Part shown: in pieces, positions 55,103 through 62,642 of the stretch | Layout: each line of letters starts with the position of its first letter | How positions within the stretch are numbered: position 1 is the stretch's first letter | From: a virus | Lineage: Duplodnaviria; Caudoviricetes | Direction: 5' to 3' (one strand) | DNA length: 62,642 nt | Virus record (IMG/VR): IMGVR_UViG_3300049782_000072 | Location: 1-62,642 of that record | Translations under genes and position numbers: made by a program | Notes under the pieces: model-generated | Database searches by the model: none | Seen by the model: only the letters and a program-made list of their open reading frames with translations | Told to the model about the DNA's origin: nothing

Positions 55103-55864
55103 ATGCCCGAGCCGCACGAGGACAAGCGCCCGCTCGCTGAGCGGATCGCCGCCGAGATCAGGAAGCTGATCATGTCGGGCGACTGGGAGCCCGGCCAGCA
55201 GGTGCCAACGAACGAGAAGCTCAGAACGCAGTTCAAGACGTCTAACGTCACCATCCAGCGCGCCTTGCAGATCCTCAAGGATGAGAAGTTCCTTGAAGGG
55301 CAGGCGGGTGTGGGCGTCTTCGTTCGTGGTGAACGCGCACAGACGATCCAGCCCGCCCACTACATCGCCCCCTCTGAGCCGGGCCAGCCGTACCGATGGC
55401 TGACCGAGGCCACAAACCGGCAGCAGCGCGGGAAGTACCGCATGCTGGAAGTCGGCGAGGTCGTGCCACCCCGGGAAGTCGCCAAAGCGCTCCGCCTCGA
55501 CGAGGGCAACACGGCGATGCTGCGCTCACGCATCGGCTTCCTCGACGACCAGCCGGCCGAGCTCGTGCACTCCTACTACCCGATCGAGCTGGCGCGCGAT
55601 ACCCGCCTCGCGGATCGACGGCTCATCCCAGGCGGGTCCCCAGCACTCCTGCACGAGATGGGCTACCCGACACGCTCACAGGACGACGCCGTGGCGGCTC
55701 GGCCAGCGACCACCGAGGAGTACGAAGCGCTGGAGATCCCTCGCGACGTACCAGTCATCGAGGTCTTTCGGGTGGTCTACAGCGACGGCCAGAAGCCGAT
55801 CGAGGTCACGCTCCTGACCAAGCCTGCACACCGGTTCAAGATGGGCTATCACATCGAGCTCTGA
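55103..55864 (+). CDS. KorSA/TraR-like GntR-UTRA repressor
   Basis: GntR wHTH plus UTRA; divergent from the traB operon. Confidence 0.87.
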   Translation: MPEPHEDKRPLAERIAAEIRKLIMSGDWEPGQQVPTNEKLRTQFKTSNVTIQRALQILKDEKFLEGQAGVGVFVRGERAQTIQPAHYIAPSEPGQPYRWLTEATNRQQRGKYRMLEVGEVVPPREVAKALRLDEGNTAMLRSRIGFLDDQPAELVHSYYPIELARDTRLADRRLIPGGSPALLHEMGYPTRSQDDAVAARPATTEEYEALEIPRDVPVIEVFRVVYSDGQKPIEVTLLTKPAHRFKMGYHIEL

Positions 55865-55880
55865 CGCGAACCCGAAGTAG

Positions 55881-55905
55881 CCCCCGGTCGTTGACCGGGG
55901 GTTTT
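55881..55905 (+). terminator. Intrinsic terminator
   Basis: CCCCCGGTC/GACCGGGGG followed by TTTT. Confidence 0.7.
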
Positions 55906-56000
55906 CGCGTATCCCGACAGGAGGCTTGATACATGTATGAGTACGGGATACGGTCGATGCCGTGAGAGTGGCCGACGCCACACGCTCAGTTAGGAGTGGC

Positions 56001-56480
56001 ATGTCTGTGCCTCCCGAGCGCACCGCGCTCTACCGCCTTTTCGACGCCGAGGGAGTGCTGTTGTGCGTCGGCATAGCGAAGGACGTCCGTAAGCGCTGGC
56101 GAATGCACGAGTGGGAGAAGACGTGGTGGCACCTTGTCTCAGACAGCCACATCGACTGGTTCCCTTCTCGTAGCGATGCTCGCGCAGCGGAACTTGCCGC
56201 CATGAGGAATGAGTCGCCCCTGTACAACGGCGTATGGCATCCCGACGGGAGCTACACGCAGAACAAGTACGACGACACGGCGGAGAGAGAGCATGCAGTA
56301 GAGCAGCTACGCCGCGACATCGAGAACGGGACGCTGAAGCCTGGCCAGATGATCCGCATCACTCGGCTTGGTCGTCGGTACGGCGTCTCAGCGCTCAGTG
56401 TTGGGATGGCGCTTCATGCCCTTCCGCCGGGATCAACGTTCCAGCGGGGCAACTATCGATATGTCGGCCCGGAGGCGTAA
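56001..56480 (+). CDS. GIY-YIG-like domain fused to a GntR-type wHTH
   Basis: ALYRLFD...LLCVGI...RW..H...AE..AM..ESP.YN followed by IENGTLKPG...YGVS. Confidence 0.72.
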   Translation: MSVPPERTALYRLFDAEGVLLCVGIAKDVRKRWRMHEWEKTWWHLVSDSHIDWFPSRSDARAAELAAMRNESPLYNGVWHPDGSYTQNKYDDTAEREHAVEQLRRDIENGTLKPGQMIRITRLGRRYGVSALSVGMALHALPPGSTFQRGNYRYVGPEA

Positions 56481-56588
56481 GTCTCCTCGTCACGCGAACG
56501 GCCGGGCGCTACCAACGCCCGGCCAGTTCATTCACCAGCGGTGCCAGCCGCTGATCACCAACCCCTACCAAGGAATCGGAGTACACCC

Positions 56589-56882
56589 ATGACCTTAGCG
56601 CAGAGTTGCCCTATCCCTCAGCAGGCAACGTGCACCGACATCCTCGATGCCCCACTTCCCCAGCTCCTCGCCGAGCTGGACGTCGAGCTGGTCGACTCGT
56701 CGATCACGGACGCCGGCTTCTTCGGCGCCCTGGTGGAGCGTCGTGACGGCTCCCGCATCCTGTCGATGCCGGTCGGCCGGTCGGCGTTCGAGCGCGACAC
56801 GGCGGCCCGGATGCTGCTGGCCGAGGGCCTGGGTCTGGATGCCCCGCCGGTGCCGGCGCCGCTTGCGGTGTCCCGCGCCTGA
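56589..56882 (+). CDS. Hypothetical protein
   Basis: GGAG RBS; followed by a hairpin at about 56898-56923. Confidence 0.6.
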   Translation: MTLAQSCPIPQQATCTDILDAPLPQLLAELDVELVDSSITDAGFFGALVERRDGSRILSMPVGRSAFERDTAARMLLAEGLGLDAPPVPAPLAVSRA

Positions 56883-57016
56883 CCGCCCCACCAGCAACGC
56901 CCCCGCCTCTCCGGCGGGGGCGTCCGCATGTGCGCCCACTTCGCGCCCTTGTGCCGCTTTCGCGCGCGGTCGACCGTTGTGTGGGTTGGTTGTCGGTGCA
57001 CTGACAGGGGGCCTTC

Positions 57017-57271
57017 GTGCAGCGTGGGTGGAACGACTTGGCGGGCCGGTTACTGCTGACTGCGGCGGTGTTCCTGCACCGCACGGTGGCGGGCAGGGTG
57101 GCGCGGGAGCGGTGGCAGCTGCGGCGGAACGCGGCGTTGCGGGCGGCGTGGCGGCATGGTGTGCCGGTGGCGGAGCTGGCGGCGCGGCTGGGGCTGTCCG
57201 AGGGATGGGTGCGTCAGGTGCTGAACGGGCGGAAGCCGGCCGAGCCGCCTGTGGTCGAAGAGGCGGCGTAG
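57017..57271 (+). CDS. Small HTH protein
   Basis: GVPVAELAARLGLSEGWVRQVL. Confidence 0.6.
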   Translation: MQRGWNDLAGRLLLTAAVFLHRTVAGRVARERWQLRRNAALRAAWRHGVPVAELAARLGLSEGWVRQVLNGRKPAEPPVVEEAA

Positions 57272-57286
57272 GCGGACACGCGAATG

Positions 57287-57316
57287 GGCCCCGCTCCCCA
57301 ACCGGGGAGCGGGGCC
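57287..57316. terminator. Bidirectional terminator at the right edge of the transfer cassette
   Basis: GGCCCCGCTCCCC/GGGGAGCGGGGCC. Confidence 0.7.
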
Positions 57317-57320
57317 TTCG

Positions 57321-57620
57321 TCATGCCCGGCGCCATCTGCGGCGCTTCTGGGGCTGCTGCGCGATGGGGCTGTCAAGCCATCGCGACGGCCCGACGGACC
57401 ACTGCGGGTAGCCGCGGTGGCCGCAGGGGTGGAACGTCAGGATCAGTACGCCGTCGCGCCATTCCTCGCTGAAGTCTTGCGGCACGGGCCAGGCGTGCAC
57501 GGGGCAGGTGTCGTCGAGCGGCCCGCCGGTGGCCACGGCGCGCTCCCAGTTCGCCGTCTTGCGGACCCCCATGGGAAAGATCAGTTCACGGTCGTGCCAC
57601 TCGCGGCGTCGGATGCTCAC
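57321..57620 (-). CDS. Hypothetical protein
   Basis: GTGA coupling. Confidence 0.5.
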   Translation of the reverse strand: MSIRRREWHDRELIFPMGVRKTANWERAVATGGPLDDTCPVHAWPVPQDFSEEWRDGVLILTFHPCGHRGYPQWSVGPSRWLDSPIAQQPQKRRRWRRA

Positions 57621-58246
57621 GCCGCCCGCCTCTCAGCGAGCGGCAGGTGAAACAGCCCTTCCCGGTCGTACTGGGTGAGGCAGGTGTCGCAGCGCATGGC
57701 GGGGCTTTCGATGGTGATGCGGAGGGTGGCGCCGCAGGTGCAGACGACGCCGAACCTGCGTGCCGGCCGTTCGCCGCCGGTGGCCGACTCGCACTGCCGC
57801 CGCAGCTGCCCGGTCTCGCGGGCGAACTCGTCGAACGCCCCGTGCTCTTCGGCGGCCCACGGCAGCAGGACGCGGAGCCGCTGGACGACTTGGTCGCACT
57901 GCTGCTGGAGGTCGCCGTCCCAGCGAGGGTGCCGGTAGCCGAGGATGTCGTGCCAGTCGATCAGCCACGTCTGCAGGACGGTCACCACGCCCCCACGGGC
58001 GGCCAAGGACAGCGGCTCCAGCCGCAGCGGCAGCGGCGCGGTGCGGCTGCCGGACACTGCGGGCCCGGCCGTCCCGCTGCCGGGGTGGAGGTTGTCGGCG
58101 AGGCGGGCGTACAGCCCGTCGGGGCCGGCGAGCGTCGTGAGGTCGCGGTCGACGCGCTCGGTGCAGGGGCGGCAGGCCTGGTGGGTGAGCTCGTGCTCGT
58201 ACAGGCCGTTGCGGCAGATCGTGCAGGCCGGGGCGAGTGCATCCAT
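57617..58246 (-). CDS. Zn-binding protein at the end of the early operon, candidate late-gene regulator
   Basis: CTIC...CRPC N-terminus and CTCG...CDTC C-terminus; position analogous to lambdoid Q. Confidence 0.55.
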   Translation of the reverse strand: MDALAPACTICRNGLYEHELTHQACRPCTERVDRDLTTLAGPDGLYARLADNLHPGSGTAGPAVSGSRTAPLPLRLEPLSLAARGGVVTVLQTWLIDWHDILGYRHPRWDGDLQQQCDQVVQRLRVLLPWAAEEHGAFDEFARETGQLRRQCESATGGERPARRFGVVCTCGATLRITIESPAMRCDTCLTQYDREGLFHLPLAERRAA

Positions 58247-58400
58247 CGTCGGCTCCTTGTGCGGGGCGGTGCGGGCTACTGGTGGTTCTGGTTGGCGCGT
58301 GCTGCTCGCCGCCGGGCCCGCAGCATCCGGTCGTGCCGGGCGAGGAGTGGCCAGGCGGCGAGTGCGGCGGCGGCCGCGGCGGCGAGCACGGGCCACTGGG

Positions 58401-58706
58401 TCATTCGCCGTGCTTTTCGAGCGACCAGAGCCGGTCGGCCTGGGCGCATTCGGCGACGCTGGGGCCGGCGTTGTGGACGGGCGGCTGGAGCGGCGGCACG
58501 TTGGCGGCGTCGAGTGCGGCCTGGACGGCGCGCCAGATGATCGCGTTGCGGTGGACCCTGTCGGGCGGCATGTAGTCGCCGAGCTCGCGAATGCGCGCGT
58601 ACACGGCGTCGTAGGCGTCTTGCCGCGGGTCGGCCGCGGCCTGCTGCTGGCGTTGGTCGGCGTAGTGGCGGGCCCAGTCGACGGGGCCGCGGGGCTGGTC
58701 GGTCAT
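58401..58706 (-). CDS. Hypothetical protein
   Basis: GAGG RBS. Confidence 0.55.
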   Translation of the reverse strand: MTDQPRGPVDWARHYADQRQQQAAADPRQDAYDAVYARIRELGDYMPPDRVHRNAIIWRAVQAALDAANVPPLQPPVHNAGPSVAECAQADRLWSLEKHGE

Positions 58707-58809
58707 GGATGCCTCTCCTGGGTCGCTGTGTTCGTCTCTGACGGCCTTTCGGCCTCGGGTTGGGGTGATGGGCCGGGGCGGGTCTTCTGGGCGTTCCTGT
58801 GGCCGTCTG

Positions 58810-59187
58810 TCACGCCGCGGCCTCTCCCGGATTGGCTGTGCGCCTCTGTGAGCGCCTGACGGGCGCCCGACCCTCCCGAGCCCCATCCGCGCGCTCTCGA
58901 CGCTTCTGGGGCCCGTCCAGCGCCTCCCGTGGCCCCGCAACGGTCGGCTCGGGCAAGTCGAGTTCGTCGAAGCGGATGACTCCTCGGTCGAGCGCGATGA
59001 CCGCAGCGTGAATGCGGGAGCGGGCGCCAAGCCGCACCCGGACCTCACGCAGCCGCAGGCTCACCCCGTCCTCCGTGGTGTTCAGGCGGGCCGCGATCTG
59101 CCGGCTGGTGAAGCCCGACGCTGCGAGGCGGAGCGCAGCCAACTGGCCGGGGCTGAGGGGCTGGCCCTCGACGCTGGGGCGTCTCAC
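58810..59187 (-). CDS. LuxR-type HTH protein
   Basis: LSPGQLAALRLAASGFTSRQIA...RLGARSRIHA. Confidence 0.82.
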   Translation of the reverse strand: MRRPSVEGQPLSPGQLAALRLAASGFTSRQIAARLNTTEDGVSLRLREVRVRLGARSRIHAAVIALDRGVIRFDELDLPEPTVAGPREALDGPQKRRERADGAREGRAPVRRSQRRTANPGEAAA

Positions 59188-59363
59188 GGCCGCCTCCCCT
59201 GCCGCGGTACGCGTCCGCGGATGTCGAGGACCCCGTCGGCGCGGGCCAACAGCAGCAGGGCGCGGCGCAGGACGCTGCCGGCCCGTTCGCCGCGGCGGGC
59301 GTAGGCGGCGAGGATCGCGGCACTGCCGTCGTCGGGCTGCCAGCGGATCGGCGGGCGGGTCAC
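59184..59363 (-). CDS. Small RHH-like protein
   Basis: Coupled ORF. Confidence 0.45.
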   Translation of the reverse strand: MTRPPIRWQPDDGSAAILAAYARRGERAGSVLRRALLLLARADGVLDIRGRVPRQGRRP

Positions 59364-60088
59364 GACCGGGCCCCGTCCTGCTGCGCCCCGGCGGCGGGCT
59401 GCTTGAAGCCGCCACGGGCGACCGCGCGGCGAACAGCGCGAGCCTCGTGCTCCCAGTACGACCGGTCGTTGTCCGTCAGGGCGTCCCACGTCTGTGCGTG
59501 CTGTCCCCGCGTTCCAAACCGCTGGTGTAGCCAGGCGGGGAGCGTGTCGTGCTGTTCGGGCTGCGCCTCGTCGGCCAGGCGCTGCAGCTGGTCGAGGGCG
59601 GTGCGGTCGTCGGAGCTGATCTCCAGGCTTCGGGCGTGGATCTCTTCCTGCGCGATATCAAGCGCGAAGCTGAGCATGGCCTTCGCGCGGCCGCTGAGCA
59701 CGGCGACCCAGTTGGTGGGCGTGGGCACCTCGGCCAGCACCGCGTCGGCGAGCGTCTCGACGTCACCGGTGCAGAGGGCGCACGAGATCGAGTAAGTGTG
59801 GCCGGGGCGATCACCGTGCTTGTGGTGATCCCACTTCTCCCTCCCCGGCTCGTAGGTCCAGCCCTCGCGGGGAGTGCCGAGGAGCGCCTCGGCGATGCGG
59901 TCGCGGAGCGCGGCCCGGTCGGCGGCGGGCGCCTGGACGGTAGGAGCGTTGAGGATCTCGCACATGCCGCACCTGAACGCGGACGGCTGGACGTCGCCCC
60001 GGGCCAGGATGCACGTCTGTTGGTGGATTTCGCGGGCGCGCTGAAGCAGATCGATGGCACGCACCGGGGCGGCGGTGTGGTCGGTCAT
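59360..60088 (-). CDS. Mosaic hypothetical protein
   Basis: DRAALRDRIAEAL modules; GGAGGA RBS. Confidence 0.6.
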   Translation of the reverse strand: MTDHTAAPVRAIDLLQRAREIHQQTCILARGDVQPSAFRCGMCEILNAPTVQAPAADRAALRDRIAEALLGTPREGWTYEPGREKWDHHKHGDRPGHTYSISCALCTGDVETLADAVLAEVPTPTNWVAVLSGRAKAMLSFALDIAQEEIHARSLEISSDDRTALDQLQRLADEAQPEQHDTLPAWLHQRFGTRGQHAQTWDALTDNDRSYWEHEARAVRRAVARGGFKQPAAGAQQDGARS

Positions 60089-60139
60089 GGGTCCTCCAGG
60101 GGCGGGGCCGGCCGCGCGAGACGGCCGGCGGGCGGGTGG

Positions 60140-60418
60140 TCAGGGGGTTGGCTTGCACCGGCACTCGTCGTCCCAGTTGCCCGGGTCGGTGGCCGGGGGG
60201 CGGAAGTCGGCGGGCAGGAGGTGCCCGCGCGAGCACTGGTAGCGCGGACGCGCCAGCTCTCGGCAGCGCTCCCCGCCGGCCGCGTGCCACTCCATCGCCG
60301 GGTTGCGCTTTGCACCGTGGTCGGGGCAGTCGGGGTCGGGGATGATCCCGCCGCACGCCTGCACCGGGCAGCGGCAGACGGCGGACCGGATGTCGTAGGG
60401 GATGGCGTGGCGGATCAT
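60140..60418 (-). CDS. Cys-rich hypothetical protein
   Basis: ATGA coupling. Confidence 0.5.
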   Translation of the reverse strand: MIRHAIPYDIRSAVCRCPVQACGGIIPDPDCPDHGAKRNPAMEWHAAGGERCRELARPRYQCSRGHLLPADFRPPATDPGNWDDECRCKPTP

Positions 60419-60723
60419 GCGGGCCTGCCGGTGGTGAGGAGCAGGTGCACGCGGGCGGCGATCTCCTGCGGCCTGGTGGCGTCGAGGGGCTGCGGGTCGC
60501 CGACGAGGTCGGCGCGGCCGAGTCCCCAGTCGACGCCGGCGCGCTCGCTCCAGCCGATGACGAACTGCTCGCCGGGGTCGGCGTCCAGGGCGCGCATCGA
60601 GGCGGGGGTGAGGTCGATGACGATGGCCGACTCGTGGCAGTCGACCACCTCGTGGCCGAACGTCTCGATGGCGTCGGTGACCTGACGGACCCAAGTGTCG
60701 GGCATCTCGTCGGTGATCTGCAT
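60415..60723 (-). CDS. Hypothetical protein
   Basis: GAGGA RBS. Confidence 0.55.
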   Translation of the reverse strand: MQITDEMPDTWVRQVTDAIETFGHEVVDCHESAIVIDLTPASMRALDADPGEQFVIGWSERAGVDWGLGRADLVGDPQPLDATRPQEIAARVHLLLTTGRPA

Positions 60724-60821
60724 GGGGGTTCCTCTCATGGTGGCGGGTACGGTGGTCACCAGGCCCGGGCGTGTTACGACCACGCCCGGGCCGTCTGCGG
60801 TCACGGGGCAGGGGTGGCGGC

Positions 60822-61637
60822 TCACGCCGTGGCGAAGAGGTCGAGCTGGTCCCCGAGCGGGCGGTTCGCCCACAGGACTTCGATCCGGGACTTGTCCGCC
60901 TTCGCGTTTCCGGTCATCGCTGCTGTCGCATACCGGTGCCAGCCGTCGTACAGCTCGGCGTACAGCGGGCTGTCGTAGCCCGACAGCACGACCGTGGCTC
61001 GGCAGTCGACGAGCGCGGCCGCCAGCTCACGGTGCGCGTCCTCGCCCTTCATCTCGACGCGGTAGTTCGACCACGCCCGGGTCGAGCCGAGGTACGGCGG
61101 GTCGACGTACAGCAGCACCTCGCGGCCGCGCCCGTACTTGCCGATCAGATCCAGGGCGGGCCGGCACTCCAGGCTGACCTCGTGCAGGCGCTCCGCGGCG
61201 GCCGCGAGACGGGTGACGGACGCGTCGAGCCGGTCGGGCATCGACGTGCCGGATCCGCACGGGTCGATGTAGTGCCTCCAGCCGGTGCGGCGCAGCGTGC
61301 CGCCGCGCCCCTGCGTGAGCCGGACCCAGACCCGACGGGCGATCTCCAGATCGTCGCCCGGCTCCTCGGTGAAGGCCGCGGCGTGCTCTGCGTGGGCGTG
61401 CGGGGTCAGCGCGCAAGCTCGGATGAGGTCCTGGGGACGCTCGCGCAGGACCCGCCAGAACGTCATGAGCTGGCCGTCGAGGTCGTTGACGGTCTCCATC
61501 AGCGATGGCGCCTTGGCCAGCAGCACGGAGAGCCCACCGGCGAACGGCTCGACGTAGTGCTCGTGGTCGGGCAGCAGCGAGGCGATCCATGGGGCGATGG
61601 TCTGCTTGCTGCCGAAGTACGGGACGGGGCTTTTCAT
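60822..61637 (-). CDS. DNA N6-adenine methyltransferase (Dam/D12 class)
   Basis: PYFGSK, VEPFAGG, ETVND and YVDPPY motifs. Confidence 0.92.
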   Translation of the reverse strand: MKSPVPYFGSKQTIAPWIASLLPDHEHYVEPFAGGLSVLLAKAPSLMETVNDLDGQLMTFWRVLRERPQDLIRACALTPHAHAEHAAAFTEEPGDDLEIARRVWVRLTQGRGGTLRRTGWRHYIDPCGSGTSMPDRLDASVTRLAAAAERLHEVSLECRPALDLIGKYGRGREVLLYVDPPYLGSTRAWSNYRVEMKGEDAHRELAAALVDCRATVVLSGYDSPLYAELYDGWHRYATAAMTGNAKADKSRIEVLWANRPLGDQLDLFATA

Positions 61638-61687
61638 CGGTGTCTCCTTGTGTGGTTGGTCAGGCGGGCATCAACGCGCGGCGGGCA

Positions 61688-61903
61688 TCAGGCGGCGGCT
61701 TGGCCATCGATGACGCGCAGGTGTGGGCGGCGGGGGTGTCGGTCGTAGGCGTCGAGTTCGGCTTCGAGGACGGCCAGGTGGGCGGCCTGCTCCTCCGGGG
61801 TCCAGGCGGGCGCTGGCTCGGCGTTGCGGACGGCGGTGGTGCGGGCGCGACCGAAGGTGCCGGTCGGAATGGCCTCGGCCATCAGGCGCTCGTAGGGGGT
61901 CAT
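61688..61903 (-). CDS. Hypothetical protein
   Basis: MTPYERLMAEAIPTG. Confidence 0.55.
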   Translation of the reverse strand: MTPYERLMAEAIPTGTFGRARTTAVRNAEPAPAWTPEEQAAHLAVLEAELDAYDRHPRRPHLRVIDGQAAA

Positions 61904-62196
61904 GCGGCCACCCCCGTCTCCACGGCGAGCCAGGCGCGGTGCGCGGCACGGTCGTAGGGCCCGGCGGCGATCCACTGGGCGGTCGCTTTGGCGGCTGCTT
62001 CCTGGCGCCAGCCGCGCTTGCTGGGGCGCGGGTAGAGCTCGCCGTCCTGCCAGCTGTCGCCGCAGTTGCAGCAGGTGATCGTGACGCCGTACCAGGCCTC
62101 GTCCTGGAAGAGCATGCGGCGCTTGGTCTTGCATGTGGGGCACGGGAAGATCCGGCGGATGGCGAACTGCCGGGCTCGGCAGACGATGACGTTCAT
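61900..62196 (-). CDS. Zn-ribbon hypothetical protein
   Basis: CPTC...CCNCGD.W. Confidence 0.6.
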   Translation of the reverse strand: MNVIVCRARQFAIRRIFPCPTCKTKRRMLFQDEAWYGVTITCCNCGDSWQDGELYPRPSKRGWRQEAAAKATAQWIAAGPYDRAAHRAWLAVETGVAA

Positions 62197-62501
62197 GCGG
62201 CGGTCTCCCTGGCTTCCTGCTGACGGCGGGCGTGGACGATCAGGAGGGCGCGGCCGTCTTCGTGGCAGGGCACGGTCGGGGTGACCTGGCACTGCGGGCA
62301 GCAGGCGACGGTCTGGGCCCAGGCGGAGACCCGCTGCGGGTGGGGCTGGGTCATGACCTGATTACGGGTGCGCAGAACGCACGGCCGGTGGGCGGCGGCC
62401 CCGCAGTGGGGGCAGTCGACTGCGCGGGCAGGGTGCTGCTTGGCGCGCAGGCCGTGGCGGATCGACTCGGGCATGGAGGCGGCGGGGCGGCGTGTGGTCA
62501 C
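62193..62501 (-). CDS. Double Zn-finger protein
   Basis: CPHC...PC...H..R occurs twice. Confidence 0.65.
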   Translation of the reverse strand: MTTRRPAASMPESIRHGLRAKQHPARAVDCPHCGAAAHRPCVLRTRNQVMTQPHPQRVSAWAQTVACCPQCQVTPTVPCHEDGRALLIVHARRQQEARETAA

Positions 62502-62508
62502 TGGGTCT

Positions 62509-62634
62509 CCTCGGTGGCGGGCGGGCAGTTGCCGCAGTCGCAGGGCTGGTCGGGGAAGTGCTCGGTGTTGCGGTAGTGCCGGACCGCGGCGTCCCAGGCG
62601 GCCTTCGGCAGGGACCACTCCGGGGGCGGGCCGG
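62509..62634 (+). repeat. Terminal direct overlap, copy 2
   Basis: Identical to 1-126; followed by 8 non-matching bases. Confidence 0.95.
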
Positions 62635-62642
62635 CACTACCG

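Larger units (their letters stand above)
1..62508. mobile_element. Complete circular temperate siphovirus genome (actinobacterial, probably Streptomyces) carrying a TraB-type transfer cassette
   Basis: Full set of terminase, portal, capsid, tail, tape measure, lysis, integrase, repressor and replication genes; terminal overlap; very high GC; no host housekeeping genes. Confidence 0.93.

Noticed and set aside
47884-57316. Independent AICE or plasmid inserted into the phage
   Set aside because: I saw no RepSA or rolling-circle Rep, no integrase and no flanking direct repeats in the cassette. A remnant origin cannot be excluded
60822-61637. Restriction-modification system
   Set aside because: No cognate endonuclease is adjacent; orphan methyltransferases are common in phage early regions
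62509-62634. 126-bp terminal repeat as a physical phage direct terminal repeat
   Set aside because: It falls in the middle of a gene far from the terminase and is about one assembly k-mer long, so it is best explained as circular assembly overlap
62631-62642. Final CCGGCACTACCG that departs from the start of the window
   Set aside because: It is the reverse complement of CGGTAGTGCCGG at 62571-62582, so likely a fold-back read artifact and not a hairpin telomere

Overview
This window is an essentially complete, circularly permuted genome (about 62.5 kb) of a high-GC temperate siphophage, most likely of Streptomyces. Positions 1-126 recur at 62509-62634, an ORF reads straight through that junction, and attP appears intact, so this looks like the excised or virion form. 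It has the usual modules: replication (initiator with internal iterons plus DnaC-like loader), RecE-like recombination, an immunity switch with tyrosine integrase and attP, lysis, tail, head, packaging and a DNA adenine methyltransferase. The main surprise is a roughly 10 kb cassette (about 47.9-57.3 kb) resembling the transfer region of Streptomyces conjugative plasmids and AICEs. It encodes a TraB-like FtsK translocase, Spd-like membrane proteins, a clt-like 8-bp repeat cluster and divergent KorSA-like GntR regulators, but no replicase or integrase of its own. This suggests a phage that may also spread by TraB-type mycelial conjugation. The transfer operon also holds two 50-nt tRNA-like mini-structures (acceptor stem plus T-arm, one ending in CCA). 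Other notable items are a serine resolvase with a single crossover-like site, a glycosyltransferase inside the head operon, an orphan Phd antitoxin, a stand-alone PrimPol next to terS, a motif shared by the immunity switch and attP, and a pR'/tR'-like late promoter-terminator. All family calls come from reading motifs and gene order, not from database searches.
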